Assembly: GCA_938091905.1 (NCBI GenBank) | Contig: CALKOM010000124.1 | Span: 15,637-79,636, forward strand | Origin: an uncultured Verrucomicrobiales bacterium | Lineage (GTDB): Bacteria; Verrucomicrobiota; Verrucomicrobiia; Verrucomicrobiales; DEV007 | DNA length: 64,000 nt | Direction of reading: 5' to 3' | Part shown: one piece after another, positions 1-9,322 of the stretch | How positions within the stretch are numbered: the stretch's first letter is position 1 | Layout: each line of letters begins with the position of its first letter | The notes under the pieces: model-generated | The model's database searches: none | Told to the model about the DNA's origin: nothing | What the model saw: only the letters and a program-made list of their open reading frames with translations | Position numbers and translations under genes: made by a program

Positions 1-2947
1 CATCAGCCAAGCTCCGGCGGCTTAACTTCATGGAGAAGGTGCCGTGGCGAGCGAGTGTCGTTGACTTAGGATAGATGGCCCAGGTTAGCGAGTGCGATGA
101 GCGTTGCTTGCCCACACGTGGGTGGAGTCGGAAGAGGTCACTAGGCACGTTGCGCTTGGTAGAGACGTGACGCACATCACCGTGGGCGACGACGAGGCTT
201 GTGACGTTCTCCCTGTTTTCTTGCTTCTCGAGGACGAAGACCGGCCGGACGCGGGCACTCGACTCAGCGGCTGCCCGGAATCGGCGGGTCCAACCAGAGT
301 ACTCTCCGCTGTTCTTCACTGGCCGATCGAGGACGAGTTCCTCGCCCGGCTGTGCCCAACGCAAGTTTATGTTCTGAACGAGATTGCCAGTCGAAGCGCC
401 TTCAGCCCCCTGATCGTAGATGACGAGCTGGACAGGATTGTTCTGGGTGAGGATGAGGTCCTCTTCTCCAACGGTGATGACGGGAGTTTGGCAATAGAAG
501 TGAGAGAGTGGTCCCGTTCCATTAGCGAGAAAGCCTCTGCCATGAAAGCCTTCCTGACCCTCATCGAGCTCCAAGCGTCCGAAGCGAAAGAGGCGATAGC
601 CACCTGTGCCACCCCAGCCATACCAACCGGCAGGGAGATCAGACCGCACATCAGCTGCGCCCGCTTCCAGAGTAAAGATTGCGGGACCTTTCTGCGCTTT
701 ACCGGCTGACTCGACACTCTCACCCCAGAGCTGGAGAGGAATGCCATTCAACTTGAGACCACCATTCTCATCGAGACCGTTGTCGTAACCATTGCCGCCG
801 GTAAGCAAGCGAATCGTCTGCTTGGGGTGAATTTGGTGGAAACCCTGAGCAACAGCGAAGGCTTCTGGAATCATGCCCGTTTCAACGTAGGTCATGACCT
901 TGCCGACGTCACCAGCGCCAAAGCTCTCACCACGCCACTCTGAATATTTGGGGTGCCTGTTGGCGACGATTCGCTTGATCACACTGACATCGCCGCCAGG
1001 GCCTTGGTCGGAGCGGAAGAACTCTCTGGCCTTGCCATTGTTGATACTAGCATTCGGAGCCTCGCTAATAATGCCGTCCCAGTTACCATTAGGAGGCCAT
1101 GCCTTGAGAGTCGTGGTTGCCGTGGCATAAGTAAGGAGGGCCACTTCAGAGACAGTGAACATGCGACCTGATCCGCGTGGTTCCAAGGTCTTCTTCTGCC
1201 AACTAGAACTCTGGACGCTACTTCCAGTTCCCCCAGTGAGATTGCGGTCGATGAGGTTAATCCCAGAGATCTGGCCGAAACCACTGTTTGAGCCTGGTTG
1301 AAAGTCAGCATAGGGCTCGGCAAGGTTGCCGTCGTGGATGTTCACCTGGCGCATGTAGTCAAACATCTGCAGCGCGATCGCGAAGTGATCTAACTTGTAT
1401 TCGTTCTTGTCCTTGTAATAGGAGGGCTTGAATGGAGATCTCTTCTTGGCTCCATACTTTGTAGCCAGAGACTTCCCGTAGCTGGGAACCGCTTTGTAAA
1501 CCTGAGCCATGAGATACATGTAAAGGTCCACGTTGGAGCGGTTGGCTCTACTGTAGAACTCAGCGTGACGTGAGGTTGCATCGCGACGTTGGAAGAAGAA
1601 TTTGATGAGCTTGTTCTTTGGTCCCAAGCTCGTGCAGAACTCGATGGTATCATCGAGTGCGGTGCGGTTGCGGCGACTGTCATTCTCGTGGAAGGCCCAG
1701 AGGCTGATGCGTGGACGGCCGTGGACATTCAATTCAGGACCCTGGCTACGAACCGTCATGAAGCCCTTGGCACGCTCGAAACGCTCCAGCCCATCCGGGA
1801 GGAGATCGACGAACTTGTTATCTTCGCGTTTGATGTTGAAGACGATGTCATCCACCGACGCGTACAGACGGTCGGCGTCATACTGGAGAGCTGTCGTGCC
1901 CTTCTTCTTTCCATCTTCGGTACCACCGTCCCACTCCACCTTAGGAGTGATCTCTAGGATAGCTTGGAGCTCGCCTTTCGAGAGCTTATCCCGTGAGCCT
2001 TCACCATCGACATACTTGCCAGGGAAGAACAAGGAACTCAGACAAGTCGTCGCTGGGTGACCCGGATACCGCTGCACTTCGCGAATGACTGGCTGAAAGA
2101 CTGACCACTGCTTGCCCAGATCCGTGTTCGCTCTCGGCTTGTCCCAGGGTACAGCTTCAGCAGCCGTATTCACGTTGATCTTACAAGTCTCGTCGTCCGT
2201 CCAAAAGCCGATGCGCGCCGTGATAGGATTGCGGGTATCGGGCTGAGCTGTGGGGTCTGCGCTAACGAATTTGCCGGAAGGATCCAGGCTACCCATGGTG
2301 CCGTCTTTCAGCACGTAGAGCCACTCTACTGGCATGGGAAGGCGCTCCTCTTCTTGCACTCCAGGGAAGGTCTCGAAATCAAAGCCTTCGACCTTGTCCA
2401 GACTCTTGGCGCGCGGGTCGAGGATAGGGAAGAAGCGGTTCGTCTCTTGGCCCTTGGTATTGTAGGCAATGGAAGGCGCATTCAGGTCGACGAAACGATC
2501 TGGTGACTGCTCCCAATCTCTGATGCTCTCGAGCTCAAGAGAGATGTCGCGTTCGTCTTCGACCTTCATGTTTGTCGAAGAATAGAGCTTAAAGCCTTCT
2601 TGAGTTCCACCGCCCTTGGGCTCGAACGTGCGGATCATGCCCGGCTGAGATGCCCACAAAGCGAGGGCACCACCACCGAAGAGGCCTCCACCAACCTTCT
2701 TATCTGTTCGGGTGGCCTCGCGGATTTGACCGATGACCATACTCGTCACCATCTCGGAAAGCTGTCGGGTGCGGACGGTGTCTGAGTAGCTCTTGGCAGA
2801 GCGGAGTTCGTTACCAGCGAGGCTGATAATGGCAATGCTCAGAACAGTGAGCACGGAGAGGATCGACATCACGGTGACAAGCGCGACACCGCGCTCCTTC
2901 TTCGTCGATGGTCGACCCTTTTTGAATGGGTGGATGGTCAGTTTCAT
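1..2947 (-). CDS. vccA: Verru_Chthon cassette protein A (large pilin-cassette protein), 3'-truncated by the window edge
   Basis: Not in the ORF track, consistent with no stop inside the window. Manual translation from ATG 2947 gives MKLTIHPFKKGRPSTKKERG-VALVTVMSILSVLTVLSIAIISL...QIREAT...LWASQPGMIRTF. Spot checks near 1400 (ALQMFDYMRQVNIHD) and at 1-60 are open in the same frame. PilX-like N-terminus; adjacent to vccB/C/D. Confidence 0.88.
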   Translation of the reverse strand, partial: MKLTIHPFKKGRPSTKKERGVALVTVMSILSVLTVLSIAIISLAGNELRSAKSYSDTVRTRQLSEMVTSMVIGQIREATRTDKKVGGGLFGGGALALWASQPGMIRTFEPKGGGTQEGFKLYSSTNMKVEDERDISLELESIRDWEQSPDRFVDLNAPSIAYNTKGQETNRFFPILDPRAKSLDKVEGFDFETFPGVQEEERLPMPVEWLYVLKDGTMGSLDPSGKFVSADPTAQPDTRNPITARIGFWTDDETCKINVNTAAEAVPWDKPRANTDLGKQWSVFQPVIREVQRYPGHPATTCLSSLFFPGKYVDGEGSRDKLSKGELQAILEITPKVEWDGGTEDGKKKGTTALQYDADRLYASVDDIVFNIKREDNKFVDLLPDGLERFERAKGFMTVRSQGPELNVHGRPRISLWAFHENDSRRNRTALDDTIEFCTSLGPKNKLIKFFFQRRDATSRHAEFYSRANRSNVDLYMYLMAQVYKAVPSYGKSLATKYGAKKRSPFKPSYYKDKNEYKLDHFAIALQMFDYMRQVNIHDGNLAEPYADFQPGSNSGFGQISGINLIDRNLTGGTGSSVQSSSWQKKTLEPRGSGRMFTVSEVALLTYATATTTLKAWPPNGNWDGIISEAPNASINNGKAREFFRSDQGPGGDVSVIKRIVANRHPKYSEWRGESFGAGDVGKVMTYVETGMIPEAFAVAQGFHQIHPKQTIRLLTGGNGYDNGLDENGGLKLNGIPLQLWGESVESAGKAQKGPAIFTLEAGAADVRSDLPAGWYGWGGTGGYRLFRFGRLELDEGQEGFHGRGFLANGTGPLSHFYCQTPVITVGEEDLILTQNNPVQLVIYDQGAEGASTGNLVQNINLRWAQPGEELVLDRPVKNSGEYSGWTRRFRAAAESSARVRPVFVLEKQENRENVTSLVVAHGDVRHVSTKRNVPSDLFRLHPRVGKQRSSHSLTWAIYPKSTTLARHGTFSMKLSRRSLAD

Positions 2948-3229
2948 AGGGCGAGTTGTCTGGTTTCTCAGCTAGGAGTTGATGCTACGGCGGGCGGCAA
3001 CATAACAAGAAACGGCTAGAATCAATGTAGTGTCAAGCCCAATACATACAAAGACAATACAAGTTCGATCGTGAGAGAAAGGCTCAAATTCGCGTCATGG
3101 CGAGATTAAATTTGGTGTAACTTGATTAGGGCTAAAGGATTGCGATGATTTTGGAGTTCTTTCGGCTGGCGATTGAGAGTTGGAATTGTTGAAACAAAGT
3201 TGCTCAGTGAACGGAGTTTTGTATGTTCA

Positions 3230-3281
3230 TTGTAAATTCATTTCGCTTTCGTATTTACAAAGACGAGCCTTTGCATAGTCT
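3230..3281 (+). promoter_or_regulatory. Inverted repeat TTGTAAAT-N15-ATTTACAA overlapping a possible sigma-70 promoter (TTTACA-16-TAGTCT) upstream of vccB
   Basis: 8-bp perfect inverted repeat at 3230-3237 and 3253-3260 in the divergent vccA/vccB intergenic region; promoter match is only approximate. Confidence 0.35.
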
Positions 3282-3319
3282 ACGAGCGGCGTTCACTCTC
3301 CCACGTCCTCTGAAGCCCC

Positions 3320-3832
3320 ATGAAACTGACCCAACTTAAAACTCGATACTCTTCTGCTTTCACCCTGATTGAGGTGACCATCGCTTTGGGCATTTGTGCC
3401 ACGGTCATGATGGCTCTTCTGGGATTACTCCCCATGAGCCTAGATCAGATGCGTGACTCCCGGAACATGACGGCAGTAGCGCGAATCAGTGAGGACATTA
3501 TCAATGATGTGCAGCTCATGGCTTGGGAGGACATGGAGCTTCTCAACGGGGAGACACGTGACTACGATGATCAGGGGACGCGAATTAGAGCGGTCACTGT
3601 GGAACGTAACCAAAGGATTTACACGGCAGAGGTTGAGGTGGAGTTGGAGGGAATCTTCATTCCTGGCGAGTCGGAAACTCGTAACGATTATGCGAAGCGG
3701 ATCACGATCTATATCGGGCCATCGCGCGGTGAAAGTGTGAATATGAAGATGCTCGCGGAGACGAACCCACGCTATACCAAGGTGTCGACGATCATCGCAC
3801 GAATGGACGAGCAAGAGACGGACAAAAGCTAA
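3320..3832 (+). CDS. vccB: Verru_Chthon cassette protein B (prepilin-type N-terminal cleavage/methylation protein)
   Basis: AFTLIEVTIALGI...MALLGLLP N-terminus, later YDDQG motif, 170 aa, first gene of the BCD run. Confidence 0.85.
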   Translation: MKLTQLKTRYSSAFTLIEVTIALGICATVMMALLGLLPMSLDQMRDSRNMTAVARISEDIINDVQLMAWEDMELLNGETRDYDDQGTRIRAVTVERNQRIYTAEVEVELEGIFIPGESETRNDYAKRITIYIGPSRGESVNMKMLAETNPRYTKVSTIIARMDEQETDKS

Positions 3833-3874
3833 GAGAAACGATTGGATAGCGTTGCTAGATCCTAACACATTACT

Positions 3875-4942
3875 ATGAAACTTCCCTCACCGATTCAACG
3901 CCGCCAAGGTGGCTTCACCTTGATCGAGCTTCTCGTATCGATCTCTATTCTGATTGTACTCTTGCTGATGATCTTCTCGATGGTGGATCAGACCCAGCGC
4001 ACTTGGACGAAGGCGTCTTCTGAGGCAAATCAATTCCGCGAAGCACGTATTGCCTTTGAGTCGATCACGCGACGTGTTCGTCAGGCCACCTTGAACACGT
4101 ATTGGGACTACGAGACGGATGCCCAAGGTCGCCCTGAGGAGTATGTTAGGCAGTCCGAGTTGCACTTTACTATGGGTGAGACGGCAAAACTAACACAGCG
4201 GCCGGGTGCGGTTTTTCCTGGTCAGTGCGTCTTCTTCCAAGCGCCGTTTGGTTATGTGATTAAGGAAGAGTACCGCCAATTCTCAGAGCTGATGAATGCC
4301 TGGGGCTTCTTTGTCGAGTTTGGCGATGACCGTGAATCTCTTCCGGCCTTCCTCCGAGGGCGCGTTGCTCCAAAGTTCCGCTATCGCTTGAAGGAGTTTC
4401 GTCTCCCTGCGGAGAGTGTGACGATTTATAAGGATGCTGAGGATCGACGCAATAGCGTGTCCTCACAGGATAACAAATGGTTCTCTCAGTATATGGGTGG
4501 TGGTGCCCAGTCGCTGTTGTTTAAGCGGACACTCGCGGAGAATATTCTAGCGGTGATCTTCACCCCCATGAAGTCAGCGCCAGCCAAGGGGGCTGCAGCC
4601 ACTGAAGTCTACTACAAAGAAGGCTTCACCTACAATTCTCGTGAGGGCGTGGGTAAACCAGCTTCTCAGCGTGGTGAAGGTGAGGACAATACTCATCTCC
4701 TTCCATCACTTGTTCGCGTGACTATGATCGCGATCGATGAGCCGTCAGCTGAGCGAGAGGATCGTGGGGCGCAGCCTCCTTCATTGATTCCGGCTGGCCT
4801 ATTTAAGAATCCACGGAACCTTGAGCGTGACTTGCGCTTAGTGGAGGAGCAATTGTTAGATCGCCGGATCAGTAATCGCATCTTCAGCACCACAGTGGCG
4901 ATGCGCGAGTCCAACTGGTTGCTTCGTGGCGATGATGCCTAG
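3875..4942 (+). CDS. vccC: Verru_Chthon cassette protein C
   Basis: GFTLIELLVS prepilin motif; QFREARIAFE, QATLNTYWDY, YVRQSELHF, VFFQAPFG motifs. Confidence 0.9.
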   Translation: MKLPSPIQRRQGGFTLIELLVSISILIVLLLMIFSMVDQTQRTWTKASSEANQFREARIAFESITRRVRQATLNTYWDYETDAQGRPEEYVRQSELHFTMGETAKLTQRPGAVFPGQCVFFQAPFGYVIKEEYRQFSELMNAWGFFVEFGDDRESLPAFLRGRVAPKFRYRLKEFRLPAESVTIYKDAEDRRNSVSSQDNKWFSQYMGGGAQSLLFKRTLAENILAVIFTPMKSAPAKGAAATEVYYKEGFTYNSREGVGKPASQRGEGEDNTHLLPSLVRVTMIAIDEPSAEREDRGAQPPSLIPAGLFKNPRNLERDLRLVEEQLLDRRISNRIFSTTVAMRESNWLLRGDDA

Positions 4943-4977
4943 CTTGATTGCTCTCATCTGACTTACGAAAATTTAAA

Positions 4978-5640
4978 ATGAAGTTTACCATGCGTCACAC
5001 TCACAAGCTCACACGCGGTTTTACTCTGATCGAATTGATCATCGTGATCACGATCATCGGGATCATGATGGCGTTCACGGTTCCAGCCATTACGGGAGCC
5101 TTGAAAGCGAACAAGCTTACGCAGTCTTCGGACCTACTGCGTTCGCAGTTGGCCTATGCCCAGCTCCAGGCGCAGAAAGAGAATGCTCCAATTCAGGTAC
5201 GTTTCTTCCAATACACGGATCCTACGTTGCCTGGCGGTCGCGATAAGTTCCGCGCTTATCAACTTTTCCGCCGCAAGGCTTTCGACAAGAGTGCCGTGAA
5301 CGCTGGCGGTACGAATCAAAACGTTGAGACGATGGAGCCGATTTCTCCCTTGAGAAAGTTGCCGGCGCCAATTGTCTTTGCTGATAGTGAGCGCGTCTCG
5401 ACGCTGCTCGGCTTGCAAAAGACACGCGGCGAGGTGCCTTACAAGCGGAACAATCCGCTCGATGCCCAGTTCGTGGCCTTTGACTTTGAGCCTAGCGGAT
5501 CGACGAATCTGGGTTCGGCCAAGCAGTGGTATGTGACGCTGGTGGACGAGCGCAAAGAGAAAGGGGCTGAGATTCCCGATAACTTTGCGACCGTGCAGAT
5601 CGATCCCTTTACGGGAGCGGTTCGGTTGATCCGTCCATAA
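4978..5640 (+). CDS. vccD: Verru_Chthon cassette protein D
   Basis: GFTLIELIIVITII prepilin motif; F.PSGST and NFATVQIDPFTG...RP C-terminus. Start may be ATG 4978 or a nearby downstream ATG. Confidence 0.88.
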   Translation: MKFTMRHTHKLTRGFTLIELIIVITIIGIMMAFTVPAITGALKANKLTQSSDLLRSQLAYAQLQAQKENAPIQVRFFQYTDPTLPGGRDKFRAYQLFRRKAFDKSAVNAGGTNQNVETMEPISPLRKLPAPIVFADSERVSTLLGLQKTRGEVPYKRNNPLDAQFVAFDFEPSGSTNLGSAKQWYVTLVDERKEKGAEIPDNFATVQIDPFTGAVRLIRP

Positions 5641-6173
5641 GTAGTGCTGCAGTCGTTCTTGGAGGTGCTGACTTCGTGATTCGATGAATCCGTAGCGCTT
5701 TTTTCGACGATATGATTAGGTAGTGGCGACTACTCCACGCTCATTCAGTTGGCGAGTTCGCAGTCTCCGCTGACAACAGTGGTGTGCCGGTTACTATCCT
5801 AAGAGGATCTCTGGCACGGAGCAGAAGGTCGACATGCGTCGATTGGCCCCATTCCTTCAGTGATTTTTCATCTCGGATGCTTGCTTGCGGTTGGCTCGCC
5901 ACTTGCACACTGGCCTCTATCATCCGCACGGTTTGCCTACTGATATCTAGCCATGAACTTTCCAATTCATGCTCAAACGGGCACGCCGAACTTTTAACGA
6001 GAAACCGCGCTTCGTTCCAAAGCCCGTTCGAGAATGCGTTCTTTGTGGCATGAGAAGAGCTGAGAGGCGATCGCGGCGGTAGCGAGAGGATTGTTGCGCA
6101 CTATCGCGTTGAGGAGCCACAGCCCTAAGTGTTTCCGGCTGGCCTGATAGCGTCCTTGATCCTAGGATTAGGA

Positions 6174-7371
6174 ATGCGGCGGGCATTCTTCAAGAGCGTG
6201 GTGGGAATCGCGGTGCTTCTCTCGTTGCCTTGGAGTGCCTTAGCGCAAGCGCAGGACGATGAGCAGGCGCTTCAGGCGGGAGCAATGAAGGTTCTCATCG
6301 TCTATGATGCTCTCCAACGTATGTATGGGAAACTTTAGGTTTTTTTCCGCTCTAAATTGAATCTCGCTTAGGGGCTCATGGGGTTCGCTCTCGAGCGTTG
6401 GCCTGAGGAATTTCAACTTGGGTTGCTGGTATATGGGTATCGTGGCGGGGGCGCCAGGGGGTGATCGCTGTCGCGATATTGAGTTGCCTGTTCCTGTGGC
6501 GCCAGGCGCTGCTAGCAAAGTTAGAGGGTTGGTGCGTGGTCTATCGGCCAAAGGGATCACACCTCCCTCTCGGGCCTTGATACAGGCACACCAACATCCT
6601 AACACTGGGACGATATCAGGCTATTTGGTATTGCTCAGCGACGGAAGGGAAAAGTGTGGAGGAGATTTGCTAGAGACGGTAAGTCTACTAGCGAGTAAAG
6701 GTCGTCAGCTAACTGTCGATGTGTTTAGTCTTGGGCAGATAGAGGAGCAGAACGTGTCGTTTAACGAACTAGCTAGCCTTCTAGACGGCCGCTTGTTTGA
6801 TGTTCGCGATAAAGTGGATGTGAAGACGGTGATGGCGGTGATTGTTCAGCTCCTTGTGAGCCGAAGCAATCTCTCGGTGACTGCCCATAATCTTTGGGTA
6901 AATGACGGCTTCACGGAAACGCCCCTGTCCTGGGAATTTCATGGTGTTGAGGGAGCGCCTTTCTGGGGGGGAACTTTCACCAAGCCTGCACGTAGGCTGA
7001 GTGTGACGCCGGGTCTCTACTGGGTTGTCGCTCAGGTGCCCAAGAAGCGCTATGGTTCTTAGTTTCATATGCCTAAGAAGAAGCTGGTAGCAATGCGCTT
7101 GAGTCTCGAGTTGGGCCATATCGACTTGAATCCGCAAGGAATGACGGCTGTGGGCAAATGAAGCTATTGCATCCACTCGGCGATGCCTGGGAAGACTCGT
7201 GGCGCGGCAATTGTTAGTGGAGTGAATGTCACCGGTAAGCAAGCGATCTCTCTTCCACATGGGCACTATCGAGTGATCTTCCAGCGAGCTGGTTCAGGGA
7301 CACCGTATACTCAAGCGTTGCTTGCTGAGTCTGAACGTCAGCATCTGTATGACTTGGTTTTCAAACTGTGA
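6174..7371 (+). pseudogene. Degraded secreted VWA-domain protein
   Basis: Signal peptide, then VLIVYDALQRMYGKL*VFFRSKLNLA*GLM...WPEEFQLGLLVYGYRG, a frameshift, then GDRCRDIELPVPV...KGITP...LVLLSDGREKCGGD. VWA motifs are split by at least 3 stops and 2 frame changes. Confidence 0.75.
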
Positions 7372-7449
7372 CGAAGTCAGGTGAGTTGAAATTTGGGCTC
7401 GCTTCACGGTTCACTTGTTGTAAGAACTTTGTCTTAGAAGGTTCCCGCC

Positions 7450-8964
7450 ATGACGAGTGACTACTCGAAATTTGTTCCCGAATTGTTAAAGTCTTACCGA
7501 GATCTCGGTGGGCTCAATCAGTGTGATCAGACGAACTTGCCATCGAAGCGAGCGATTGGACAAATCTGTGAGGAATTCCTAACGCTGCTCTTTCCGGGCT
7601 TCTTCGATAGTGAGGCTGTTCCCGCTTCTGAGCTTGAAATGCTTACCACAGAGCGTCTGGCGGCGATGAATCGCGAACTTTACAAGCAGATCGCCATGAG
7701 TTTTCAGTGCTTGCGTGAAGATTCCGACGACTGTCTCAAGCAGGTTACCAGTGTGGTGACGGACTTTCTTGGGACCCTTCCTGAAATCCGCTCACTGCTG
7801 AAAACCGATGTAGAAGCAGCTTATGAGGGTGACCCCGCGGCAACCAGCATAGAAGAGATCATCCTCTCCTATCCATGCATCGAGGCGATTGCGATTCAGA
7901 GGTTGGCGCATCAACTGTATCGATTGAAAGTGCCGATCTTGCCTCGAATCATGACGGAATGGGCGCACTCACAGACCGGAATTGACATTCATCCTGGTGC
8001 TACGATCGGCCCTTACTTCTTTATCGATCATGGAACTGGAGTGGTCATTGGCGAAACCTGCGTGATTGGCAGTCACGTCAAGATTTATGATGGTGTGACT
8101 CTGGGTGCGCGCAGTTTTCCCAAGGACGAGGATGGTCGCATTGTGAAGGGTATCAAACGGCATCCCGATGTTGAGGATCATGTCACCATCTATGCGAATG
8201 CGATCATTCTCGGCGGTGAAACCACGATCGGTGCGAACTCGACTATCGGTGCGAATGCCTTCCTGATGAATTCGGTTCAGCCCAATTCGTTGGTTGCGCT
8301 CGAGGATCTTGATCACAAGATCGTCGTCAAATCGTCGGAAACCAAGAAGGGGAAGGTTTCGACTAACAAAGTGAAAAATGCGGCAACCTCGGCATCGAAA
8401 GAGGTGGTGGTCTTGTTGCCGCGCGGTGTTGATGCCGAGCTGACGGCTTTGTGTCGACAGATGGCTCGCGAATTGGAGCTACCGCAGTTGGCGAAGCGAC
8501 TGACGGTCTCGTGGAATGGTCGACTGACCTCGACGGCTGGCAATGCCAACCATCACAACGGACAGATCACTTTGAATCCCCGTTTGCGAGAGATCTCTGA
8601 AACAGAAGTGAGTCGTACCATGCGTCATGAGTTGGCTCACCTGATTGCCTACACGCGAGCGGGGCGTCGTCGGATTGAACCGCATGGGCCAGAATGGCGA
8701 CAGGCCTGTGTCGATTTAGGTATTCCAGATGAACCGCGTTGTCACGATCTGCCACTGCCCCGGCGTCGTCAAAAGCCGAAACATGCCTATCAGTGTCCCA
8801 ACTGTTTAGAGGTTCTCATGCGCATCCGCCCTCTCAAGCGACATTCGGCCTGCTATGCCTGCTGCAGCAGCTACAACCGTGGCCGCTACGGTGCTCGCTT
8901 TGCCTACGAAACCATCCCGCTCCAACTGGGGATCCAGTTGGCGCAGGAAGCAGAAATCTGTTAG
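7450..8964 (+). CDS. cysE: Serine O-acetyltransferase (CysE/EpsC type) fused to a C-terminal SprT-like zinc metalloprotease domain
   Basis: DVEAAYEGDPAA, TGIDIHPGATIG, FIDHGTGVVIGET, KRHP (CysE); then WNGRLTSTAG, ITLNP, RHELAH, PHGPEW, YQCPNC (SprT) in one 504-aa frame. Confidence 0.85.
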   Translation: MTSDYSKFVPELLKSYRDLGGLNQCDQTNLPSKRAIGQICEEFLTLLFPGFFDSEAVPASELEMLTTERLAAMNRELYKQIAMSFQCLREDSDDCLKQVTSVVTDFLGTLPEIRSLLKTDVEAAYEGDPAATSIEEIILSYPCIEAIAIQRLAHQLYRLKVPILPRIMTEWAHSQTGIDIHPGATIGPYFFIDHGTGVVIGETCVIGSHVKIYDGVTLGARSFPKDEDGRIVKGIKRHPDVEDHVTIYANAIILGGETTIGANSTIGANAFLMNSVQPNSLVALEDLDHKIVVKSSETKKGKVSTNKVKNAATSASKEVVVLLPRGVDAELTALCRQMARELELPQLAKRLTVSWNGRLTSTAGNANHHNGQITLNPRLREISETEVSRTMRHELAHLIAYTRAGRRRIEPHGPEWRQACVDLGIPDEPRCHDLPLPRRRQKPKHAYQCPNCLEVLMRIRPLKRHSACYACCSSYNRGRYGARFAYETIPLQLGIQLAQEAEIC

Positions 8965-8977
8965 TTCATCTAGGGCC

Positions 8978-9322
8978 ATGGACGATCAAGAACGTGCGCA
9001 GCTGAAAGACCGCATTCTCGATGAGATTGCCGATACGACTGAGCGCATCATGGGCTTGGAGAAGGCCACGGAGGCCGTTTCTCCTGATAAAGCGCTGGGG
9101 CGTCTGTCTCGGCTTGAAGCCATGAGCGACAAGAGCGTGAATGACGCTGCTTTGGTCGAAGCGCGTAGTCGGCTTGAACAATTGGAACTAGCACTGACAA
9201 AGACGCATCAGCGTGACTTCGGTATCTGCGTCACGTGCCAGAAAGCGATTCCGATCGAGCGTATCATGGCATTGCCTCATGCCAATCAGTGTGTGGCTTG
9301 TGCGGCGCGAGGGCGGCGTTAG
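8978..9322 (+). CDS. TraR/DksA C4-type zinc finger protein
   Basis: GRLSRLEAM coiled coil, then FGICVTCQKAIPIERIMALPHANQCVAC; ATG at 8978. Confidence 0.85.
   Translation: MDDQERAQLKDRILDEIADTTERIMGLEKATEAVSPDKALGRLSRLEAMSDKSVNDAALVEARSRLEQLELALTKTHQRDFGICVTCQKAIPIERIMALPHANQCVACAARGRR

Noticed and set aside
104..2975. Several plus-strand and off-frame ORFs in the track (for example 104-709, 1589-1957)
   Set aside because: Shadows of the continuous minus-strand vccA frame; no recognisable motifs.
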